From positions 106,268,001 to 106,332,000 of the forward strand of contig OZ024740.1 in NCBI GenBank assembly GCA_964016885.1: 64,000 nucleotides of DNA, in the 5' to 3' direction. The first letter of the stretch is position 1. Every line of letters starts with the position of its first letter. Of this stretch, positions 49,201 to 61,200 are shown in pieces. The notes under the pieces are model-generated. The model was not told the DNA's origin. It saw nothing but the letters and a program-made list of their open reading frames with translations, and did not search any database. The position numbers and the translations under genes were made by a program. Source of the DNA: Eledone cirrhosa (taxonomy: Eukaryota).

Positions 49201-52200
49201 TACCTGGAACAGTTGTGTTACTTTACCTCGTCAGGTGTTAATTACATTTATGATGGTAGGTAGTTTAACATACCTGGAACAGTTGTGTTACTTTACCTGT
49301 AAAAGGTGTTAAATACATTGATGATGGTAGGTATTATAATATACCTGGAACAGTTGTGTTACTTTACCTCGTCAGGTGTTAATTACATTGATGATGGTAG
49401 GTAGTATAACATACCTGGAACAGTTGTGTTACTTTACCTGTATCAGGTGTTAATTACATTGATGATGGTAGGTAGTTTAAGATACCTGGAACAGTTGTGT
49501 TACTTTACCTGTATCAGGTGTTAATTACATTGATGATGGTAGGTAGTTTAACATACCTGGAACAGTTGTGTTACTTTACCTGTATCAGGTGTTAATTACA
49601 TTGATGATGGTTGGTAGTTTAACATACCTGGAACAGTTGTGTTACTTTACCTCGCCAGGTGTTAATTACATTGATGATGGTAGTATAACATACCTGGAAC
49701 AGTTGTGTTACTTTACCTCTCCAGGTGTTAATTACATTGATGATGGTAGGTAGTATAACATACCTGGAACAGTTGTGTTACTTTACCTCGCCAGGTGTTA
49801 ATTACATTGATGATGGTAGGTAGTATAACATACCTGGAACAGTTGTGTTACTTTACCTGTATCAGGTGTTATTTACATTGATGATGGTAGGTAGTATAAC
49901 ATACCTGGAACAGTTGTGTTACTTTACCTCGCCAGGTGTTAATTACATTGATGGTGATAGGTAGTTTAACATACGTGGAACAGTTGTGTTACTTTACCTT
50001 GTCAGGTGTTAATTACATTGATGATGGTAGGTAGAATAACATACCTGGAACAGTTGTGTTACTTTACCTGTATCAGGTGTTAATTACATTGATGATGGTA
50101 GGTAGAATAACATACCTGGAACAGTTGTGTTACTTTACCTTGTCAGGTGTTAATTACATTGATGATGGTAGGTAGTTTAACATACCTGGAACAGTTGTGT
50201 TACTTTACCTCGTCAGGTGTTAATTACATTGATGATGGTAGGTAGTTTAACATACCTGGAACAGTTGTGTTACTTTATATGTATCAGATGTTAATTACAT
50301 TGATGATGGTAGGTAGTATAACATACCTGGAACAGTTGTGTTACTTTACCTGTATCAGGTGATAATTACATTGATGATGGTAGGGAGTTTAACATACCTG
50401 GAACAGTTGTGTTACTTTACCTTGTCAGGTGTTAATTATATTGATGAAGGTAGGTAGTATAAGATACCTGGAACAGTTGTGTTACTTTACCTTGTCAGGT
50501 GTTAATTACATTGATGATGGTAGGTAGTTTAACATACCTTGAACAGTTGTGTTACTTTACCTGTATCAGGTGTTAATTACATTGATGATGGTAGGTAGTT
50601 TAACATACCTTGAACAGTTGTGTTACTTTACCTGTATCAGGTGTTAATTACATTGATGATGGTAGGTAGTATAACATACCTGGAACAGTTGTGTTACTTT
50701 ACCTCGTCAGGTGTTAATTACATTGATGATGGTAGGTAGTTTAAGATACCTGGAACAGTTGTGTTACTTTACCTGTAAAAGGTGTTAATTACATTGATGA
50801 TGGTAGGTAGTATAACATACCTGGAACAGTTGTGTTACTTTACCTTGTCAGGTGTTAATTACATTGATAATGGTAGGTAGTATAACATACCTGGAACAGT
50901 TGTGTTATTTACCTATATCAGGTGTTAATTACATTGATGTTGGTAGGTAGTTTAAGATATCCAGGTATGTTAAACAGTTCTGTTACTTTACCTATATCAG
51001 GTGTTAATTACATTGATGATGATAGGTAGTTTAACATACCTTGAACAGATGTGTTACTTTACCTTGTCAGGTGTTAATTACATTGGTGATGGTAGGTAGT
51101 TTAACATACCTTGAACAGTTGTGTTACTTTACCTCGTCAGGTGTTAATTACATTGATAATGGTAGGTAGTATAACATACCTGGAACAGTTGTGTTATTTA
51201 CCTATATCAGGTGTTAATTACATTGATGTTGGTAGGTAGTTTAACATATCCAGGTATGTTAAACAGTTCTGTTACTTTACCTATATCAGGTGTTAATTAC
51301 ATTGATGATGGTAGGTAGTTTAACATATCCAGGTATGTTAAACAGTTCTGTTACTTTACCTGTATCAGGTGTTACTTACATTGATGATGATAGGTAGTTT
51401 AACATACCTGGAACAGTTGTGTTACTTTACCTTTAACAGGTGTTAATTACATTCATGTTGGTTGGTAGTATAACATACCTGGAACAGTTGTGTTACTTTA
51501 CCTATATCAGGTGTTAATTACATTGATGTTGGTAGGTAGTTTAACATATCCAGGTATGTTAAACAGTTGTGTTACTTTACCTATATCAGGTGTTAATTAC
51601 ATTGATGATGGTAGGTAGTTTAACATATCCAGGTATGTTAAACAGTTGTGTTACTTTACCTGTATCAGGTGTTAATTTCATTGATGATGATAGGTAGTTT
51701 AACATACCTGGAACAGTTGTGTTACTTTACCTTTAACAGGTGTTAATTACATTGATGTTGGTAGGTAGTATAACATACCTGGAACAGTTGTGTTACTTTA
51801 CCTATATCAGGTGTTAATTACATTGATGTTGGTAGGTAGTATAACATACCTGGAACAGTTGTGTTACTTTACCTTTAACAGGTGTTAATTACATTGATGT
51901 CGGTAGGTAGTTTAACATACCTGGAACAGTTGTGTTACTTTACCTATATCAGATGTTAATTACATTGATGATGGTAGGTAGTTTAACATATCCAGGTATG
52001 TTAAACAGTTGTGTTACTTTACCTGTATCAGGTGTTAATTTCATTGATGATGATAGGTAGTTTAACATACCTGGAACAGTTGTGTTACTTTACCTTTAAC
52101 AGGTGTTAATTACATTGATGTTGGTAGGTAGTATAACATACCTGGAACAGTTGTGTTACTTTACCTATATCAGGTGTTAATTACATTGATGATGGTAGGT

Positions 52201-55200
52201 AGTTTAACATATCCAGGTATGTTAAACAGTTGTGTTACTTTACCTGTATCAGGTGTTAATTACATTGATGATGGTAGGTAGTATAACATACCTGGAACAG
52301 TTGTGTTTCTTTATATGTATCAGGTGTTAATTACATTGATGATGGTAGGTAGTTTAACATACCTGGAACAGTTGTGTTACTTTACCTCGTCAGGTGTTAA
52401 TTACATTGATGATGGTAGGTAGTATAACATACCTGGAACAGTTGTGTTACTTTACCTCGTCAGGTGTAAATTACATTGATGATGGTAGGTAGTTTAAGAT
52501 ACCTGGAACAGTTGTGTTACTTTACCCATATCAGGTGTTAATTACATTGATGATGGTAGGTAGTATAACATACCTGGAACAGTTGTGTTACTTTACCTGT
52601 ATCAGGTGTTAATTACATTGATGATGGTAGGTAGTTTAACATACCTGGAACAGTTGTGTTACTTTACCTCGTCAGGTGTTAATTACATTGATGATGGTAG
52701 GTAGTATAACATACCTGGAACAGTTGTGTTACTTTACCTTGTCAGGTGTTAATTACATTGATGATGGTAGGTAGTATAACATACCTGGAACAGTTGTTTT
52801 ACTTTACCTGTATCAGGTGTTAATTACATTGATGATGGTAGGTAGTTTAACATACCTGGAACAGTTGTGTTACTTTACCTGTATCAGGTGTTAATTACAT
52901 TGATGATGGTAGGTAGTTTAACATACCTGGAACAGTTGTGTTACTTTACCTCGCCAGGTGTTAATTACATTGATGATGGTAGGTAGTTTAACATACCTGG
53001 AACAGTTGTGTTACTTTACCTTGTCAGGTGTTAATTGCATTGATGATGGTAGGGAGTTTAACATACCTGGAATAGTTGTGTTACTTTACCTCGTCAGGCG
53101 TAAATTACATTGATGATGGTAGGTAGTTTAACATACCTGGAACAGTTGTGTTACTTTACCTTGTCAGGTGTTAATTACATTTATGATGGTAGGTAGTTTA
53201 ACATACCTGGAATAGTTGTGTTACTTTACCTCGTCAGGCGTTAATTACATTGATGATGGTAGGTAGTTTAACATACCTGGAACAGTTGTGTTACTTTACC
53301 TGTATCAGGTGTTAATTACATTGATGATGGTAGGTAGTTTAACATACCTGGAACAGTTGTGTTACTTTATATGTATCAGGTGTTAATTACATTGATGATG
53401 GTAGGTAGTATAACATACCTGGAACAGTTGTGTTACTTTACCTTGTCAGGTGTTAATTACATTGATGATGGTAGGTAGTTTAACATACCTGGAACAGTTG
53501 TGTTACTTTACCTGTATCAGGTGTTAATTACATTGATGATGGTAGGTAGTTTAACATACCTTGAACAGTTGTGTTACTTTACCTTGTCAGGTGTTAATTA
53601 CATTGATGATGGTAGGTAGTTTAACATACCTGGAACAGTTGTGTTACTTTACCTTGTCAGGTGTTAATTACATTGATGATGGTAGGTAGTTTAACATACC
53701 TGGAACAGTTGTGTTACTTTACCTGTATCAGGTGTTAATTACATTGATGATGGTAGGTAGTTTAACATACCTTGAACAGTTGTGTTACTTTACCTTGTCA
53801 GGTGTTAATTACATTGATGATGGTAGGTAGTTTAACATACCTGGAACAGTTGTGTTACTTTATCTTGTCAGGTGTTAATTACATTGATGATGGTAGGTAG
53901 TATAACATACCTGGAACAGTTGTGTTACTTTATCTTGTCAGGTGTTAATTACATTGATGATGGTAGGTAGTATAACATACCTGGAACAGTTGTGTTACTT
54001 TACCTTGTCAGGTGTTAATTACATTGATGATGGTAGGTAGTTTAACATACCTTGAACAGTTGTCTTACTTTACCTTGTCAGGTGTTAATTACATTGATGA
54101 TGGTAGGTAGTTTAACATACCTGGAACAGTTGTGTTACTTTACCTTGTCAGGTGTTAATTACATTGATGATGGTAGGTAGTTTAACATACCTGGAACAGT
54201 TGTGTTACTTTACCTGTATCAGGTGTTAATTACATTGATGATGGTAGGTAGTTTAACATACCTGGAACAGTTGTGTTACTTTACCTGTATCAGGTGTTAA
54301 TTACATTGATGATGGTAGGTAGTATAACATACCTGGAACAGTTGTGTTACTTTACCTCGCCAGGTGTTAATTACATTGATGATGGTAGGTAGTTTAACAT
54401 ACCTGGAACAGTTGTGTTACTTTACCTTGTCAGGTGTTAATTGCATTGATGATGGTAGGGAGTTTAACATACCTGGAATAGTTGTGTTACTTTACCTCGT
54501 CAGGCGTTAATTACATTGATGATGGTAGGTAGTTTAACATACCTGGAACAGTTGTGTTACTTTACCTTGTCAGGTGTTAATTACATTTATGATGGTAGGT
54601 AGTTTAACATACCTGGAATAGTTGTGTTACTTTACCTCGTCAGGCGTTAATTACATTGATGATGGTAGGTAGTTTAACATACCTGGAACAGTTGTGTTAC
54701 TTTACCTGTATCAGGTGTTAATTACATTGATGATGGTAGGTAGTTTAACATACCTGGAACAGTTGTGTTACTTTATATGTATCAGGTGTTAATTACATTG
54801 ATGATGGTAGGTAGTATAACATACCTGGAACAGTTGTGTTACTTTACCTTGTCAGGTGTTAATTACATTGATGATGGTAGGTAGTTTAACATACCTGGAA
54901 CAGTTGTGTTACTTTATATGTATCAGGTGTTAATTACATTGATGATGGTAGGTAGTATAACATACCTGGAACAGTTGTGTTACTTTACCTTGTCAGGTGT
55001 TAATTACATTGATGATGGTAGGTAGTTTAACATACCTGGAACAGTTGTGTTACTTTATATGTATCAGGTGTTAATTACATTGATGATGGTAGGTAGTATA
55101 ACATACCTGGAACAGTTGTGTTACTTTACCTTGTCAGGTGTTAATTACATTGATGATGGTAGGTAGTTTAACATACCTGGAACAGTTGTGTTACTTTACC

Positions 55201-58200
55201 TGTATCAGGTGTTAATTACATTGATGATGGTAGGTAGTTTAACATACCTTGAACAGTTGTGTTACTTTACCTTGTCAGGTGTTAATTACATTGATGATGG
55301 TAGGTAGTTTAACATACCTGGAACAGTTGTGTTACTTTACCTTGTCAGGTGTTAATTACATTGATGATGGTAGGTAGTTTAACATACCTGGAACAGTTGT
55401 GTTACTTTACCTGTATCAGGTGTTAATTACATTGATGATGGTAGGTAGTTTAACATACCTTGAACAGTTGTGTTACTTTACCTTGTCAGGTGTTAATTAC
55501 ATTGATGATGGTAGGTAGTTTAACATACCTGGAACAGTTGTGTTACTTTATCTTGTCAGGTGTTAATTACATTGATGATGGTAGGTAGTATAACATACCT
55601 GGAACAGTTGTGTTACTTTATCTTGTCAGGTGTTAATTACATTGATGATGGTAGGTAGTATAACATACCTGGAACAGTTGTGTTACTTTACCTTGTCAGG
55701 TGTTAATTACATTGATGATGGTAGGTAGTTTAACATACCTTGAACAGTTGTGTTACTTTACCTTGTCAGGTGTTAATTACATTGATGATGGTAGGTAGTT
55801 TAACATACATGGAACAGTTGTGTTACTTTACCTTGTCAGGTGTTAATTACATTGATGATGGTAGGTAGTTTAACATACCTGGAACAGTTGTGTTACTTTA
55901 CCTGTATCAGGTGTTAATTACATTGATGATGGTAGGTAGTTTAACATACCTTGAACAGTTGTGTTACTTTACCTTGTCAGGTGTTAATTACATTGATGAT
56001 GGTAGGTAGTTTAACATACCTGGAACAGTTGTGTTACTTTATCTTGTCAGGTGTTAATTACATTGATGATGGTAGGTAGTATAACATACCTGGAACAGTT
56101 GTGTTACTTTACCTTGTCAGGTGTTAATTACATTGATGATGGTAGGTAGTATAACATACCTGGAACAGTTGTGTTACTTTACCTGTATCAGGTGTTAATT
56201 ACATTGATGATGGTAGGTAGTATAACATACCTGGAACAGTTGTGTTACTTTACCTTGTCAGGTGTTAATTACATTGATGATGGTAGGTAGTATAACATAC
56301 CTGGAACAGTTGTGTTACTTTACCTTGTCAGGTGTTAATTACATTGATGATGGTAGGTAGTATAACATACCTGGAACAGTTGTGTTACTTTACCTGTATC
56401 AGGTGTTAATTACATTGATGATGGTAGGTAGTTTAACATACCTGGAACAGTTGTGTTACTTTACCTGTATCAGGTGTTAATTACATTGATGATGGTAGGT
56501 AGTATAACGTACCTGGAACATTGTGTTACTTTACCTCGCCAGGTGTTAATTACATTGATGATGGTAGGTAGTTTAACATACCTGGAACAGTTGTGTTACT
56601 TTACCTTGTCAGGTGTTAATTGCATTGATGATGGTAGGTAGTTTAACATACCTGGAATAGTTGTGTTACTTTACCTCGTCAGGCGTTAATTACATTGATG
56701 ATGGTAGGTAGTTTAACATACCTGGAACAGTTGTGTTACTTTACCTTGTCAGGTGTTAATTACATTTATGATGGTAGGTAGTTTAACATACCTGGAATAG
56801 TTGTGTTACTTCACCTCGTCAGGCGTTAATTACATTGATGATGGTAGGTAGTTTAACATACCTGGAACAGTTGTGTTACTTTACCTGTATCAGGTGTTAA
56901 TTACATTGATGATGGTAGGTAGTTTAACATACCTGGAACAGTTGTGTTACTTTATATGTATCAGGTGTTAATTACATTGATGATGGTAGGTAGTATAACA
57001 TACCTGGAACAGTTGTGTTACTTTACCTTGTCAGGTGTTAATTACATTGATGATGGTAGGTAGTTTAACATACCTGGAACAGTTGTGTTACTTTACCTGT
57101 ATCAGGTGTTAATTACATTGATGATGGTAGGTAGTTTAACATACCTTGAACAGTTGTGTTACTTTACCTTGTCAGGTGTTAATTACATTGATGATGGTAG
57201 GTAGTTTAACATACCTGGAACAGTTGTGTTACTTTACCTTGTCAGGTGTTAATTACATTGATGATGGTAGGTAGTTTAACATACCTGGAACAGTTGTGTT
57301 ACTTTACCTGTATCAGGTGTTAATTACATTGATGATGGTAGGTAGTTTAACATACCTTGAACAGTTGTGTTACTTTACCTTGTCAGGTGTTAATTACATT
57401 GATGATGGTAGGTAGTTTAACATACCTGGAACAGTTGTGTTACTTTATCTTGTCAGGTGTTAATTACATTGATGATGGTAGGTAGTATAACATACCTGGA
57501 ACAGTTGTGTTACTTTATCTTGTCAGGTGTTAATTACATTGATGATGGTAGGTAGTATAACATACCTGGAACAGTTGTGTTACTTTACCTTGTCAGGTGT
57601 TAATTACATTGATGATGGTAGGTAGTTTAACATACCTTGAACAGTTGTGTTACTTTACCTTGTCAGGTGTTAATTACATTGATGATGGTAGGTAGTTTAA
57701 CATACCTGGAACAGTTGTGTTACTTTACCTTGTCAGGTGTTAATTACATTGATGATGGTAGGTAGTTTAACATACCTGGAACAGTTGTGTTACTTTACCT
57801 GTATCAGGTGTTAATTACATTGATGATGGTAGGTAGTTTAACATACCTGGAACAGTTGTGTTACTTTACCTGTATCAGGTGTTAATTACATTGATGATGG
57901 TAGGTAGTATAACATACCTGGAACAGTTGTGTTACTTTACCTCGCCAGGTGTTAATTACATTGATGATGGTAGGTAGTTTAACATACCTGGAACAGTTGT
58001 GTTACTTTACCTTGTCAGGTGTTAATTGCATTGATGATGGTAGGGAGTTTAACATACCTGGAATAGTTGTGTTACTTTACCTCGTCAGGCGTTAATTACA
58101 TTGATGATGGTAGGTAGTTTAACATACCTGGAACAGTTGTGTTACTTTACCTTGTCAGGTGTTAATTACATTTATGATGGTAGGTAGTTTAACATACCTG

Positions 58201-61200
58201 GAATAGTTGTGTTACTTTACCTCGTCAGGCGTTAATTACATTGATGATGGTAGGTAGTTTAACATACCTGGAACAGTTGTGTTACTTTACCTGTATCAGG
58301 TGTTAATTACATTGATGATGGTAGGTAGTTTAACATACCTGGAACAGTTGTGTTACTTTATATGTATCAGGTGTTAATTACATTGATGATGGTAGGTAGT
58401 ATAACATACCTGGAACAGTTGTGTTACTTTACCTTGTCAGGTGTTAATTACATTGATGATGGTAGGTAGTTTAACATACCTGGAACAGTTGTGTTACTTT
58501 ATATGTATCAGGTGTTAATTACATTGATGATGGTAGGTAGTATAACATACCTGGAACAGTTGTGTTACTTTACCTTGTCAGGTGTTAATTACATTGATGA
58601 TGGTAGGTAGTTTAACATACCTGGAACAGTTGTGTTACTTTATATGTATCAGGTGTTAATTACATTGATGATGGTAGGTAGTATAACATACCTGGAACAG
58701 TTGTGTTACTTTACCTTGTCAGGTGTTAATTACATTGATGATGGTAGGTAGTTTAACATACCTGGAACAGTTGTGTTACTTTACCTGTATCAGGTGTTAA
58801 TTACATTGATGATGGTAGGTAGTTTAACATACCTTGAACAGTTGTGTTACTTTACCTTGTCAGGTGTTAATTACATTGATGATGGTAGGTAGTTTAACAT
58901 ACCTGGAACAGTTGTGTTACTTTATCTTGTCAGGTGTTAATTACATTGATGATGGTAGGTAGTATAACATACCTGGAACAGTTGTGTTACTTTATCTTGT
59001 CAGGTGTTAATTACATTGATGATGGTAGGTAGTATAACATACCTGGAACAGTTGTGTTACTTTGCCTTGTCAGGTGTTAATTACATTGATGATGGTAGGT
59101 AGTTTAACATACCTTGAACAGTTGTGTTACTTTACCTTGTCAGGTGTTAATTACATTGATGATGGTAGGTAGTTTAACATACATGGAACAGTTGTGTTAC
59201 TTTACCTTGTCAGGTGTTAATTACATTGATGATGGTAGGTAGTTTAACATACCTGGAACAGTTGTGTTACTTTACCTGTATCAGGTGTTAATTACATTGA
59301 TGATGGTAGGTAGTTTAACATACCTTGAACAGTTGTGTTACTTTACCTTGTCAGGTGTTAATTACATTGATGATGGTAGGTAGTTTAACATACCTGGAAC
59401 AGTTGTGTTACTTTATCTTGTCAGGTGTTAATTACATTGATGATGGTAGGTAGTATAACATACCTGGAACAGTTGTGTTACTTTACCTTGTCAGGTGTTA
59501 ATTACATTGATGATGGTAGGTAGTATAACATACCTGGAACAGTTGTGTTACTTTACCTGTATCAGGTGTTAATTACATTGATGATGGTAGGTAGTATAAC
59601 ATACCTGGAACAGTTGTGTTACTTTACCTTGTCAGGTGTTAATTACATTGATGATGGTAGGTAGTATAACATACCTGGAACAGTTGTGTTACTTTACCTT
59701 GTCAGGTGTTAATTACATTGATGATGGTAGGTAGTATAACATACCTGGAACAGTTGTGTTACTTTACCTGTATCAGGTGTTAATTACATTGATGATGGTA
59801 GGTAGTTTAACATACCTGGAACAGTTGTGTTACTTTACATGTATCAGGTGTTAATTACATTGATGATGGTAGGTAGTATAACGTACCTGGAACATTGTGT
59901 TACTTTACCTCGCCAGGTGTTAATTACATTGATGATGGTAGGTAGTTTAACATACCTGGAACAGTTGTGTTACTTTACCTTGTCAGGTGTTAATTGCATT
60001 GATGATGGTAGGTAGTTTAACATACCTGGAATAGTTGTGTTACTTTACCTCGTCAGGCGTTAATTACATTGATGATGGTAGGTAGTTTAACATACCTGGA
60101 ACAGTTGTGTTACTTTACCTTGTCAGGTGTTAATTACATTTATGATGGTAGGTAGTTTAACATACCTGGAATAGTTGTGTTACTTTACCTCGTCAGGCGT
60201 TAATTACATTGATGATGGTAGGTAGTTTAACATACCTGGAACAGTTGTGTTACTTTACCTGTATCAGGTGTTAATTACATTGATGATGGTAGGTAGTTTA
60301 ACATACCTGGAACAGTTGTGTTACTTTATATGTATCAGGTGTTAATTACATTGATGATGGTAGGTAGTATAACATACCTGGAACAGTTGTGTTACTTTAC
60401 CTTGTCAGGTGTTAATTACATTGATGATGGTAGGTAGTTTAACATACCTGGAACAGTTGTGTTACTTTACCTGTATCAGGTGTTAATTACATTGATGATG
60501 GTAGGTAGTTTAACATACCTTGAACAGTTGTGTTACTTTACCTTGTCAGGTGTTAATTACATTGATGATGGTAGGTAGTTTAACATACCTGGAACAGTTG
60601 TGTTACTTTACCTTGTCAGGTGTTAATTACATTGATGATGGTAGGTAGTTTAACATACCTGGAACAGTTGTGTTACTTTACCTGTATCAGGTGTTAATTA
60701 CATTGATGATGGTAGGTAGTTTAACATACCTTGAACAGTTGTGTTACTTTACCTTGTCAGGTGTTAATTACATTGATGATGGTAGGTAGTTTAACATACC
60801 TGGAACAGTTGTGTTACTTTATCTTGTCAGGTGTTAATTACATTGATTATGGTAGGTAGTATAACATACCTGGAACAGTTGTGTTACTTTATCTTGTCAG
60901 GTGTTAATTACATTGATGATGGTAGGTAGTATAACATACCTGGAACAGTTGTGTTACTTTACCTTGTCAGGTGTTAATTACATTGATGATGGTAGGTAGT
61001 TTAACATACCTTGAACAGTTGTGTTATTTTACCTTGTCAGGTGTTAATTACATTGATGATGGTAGGTAGTTTAACATACCTGGAACAGTTGTGTTACTTT
61101 ACCTTGTCAGGTGTTAATTACATTGATGATGGTAGGTAGTTTAACATACCTGGAACAGTTGTGTTACTTTACCTGTATCAGGTGTTAATTACATTGATGA

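Noticed and set aside
49568-60015. Short ORFs within the satellite
   Set aside because: They arise where chance indels or substitutions bridge stops between monomers.
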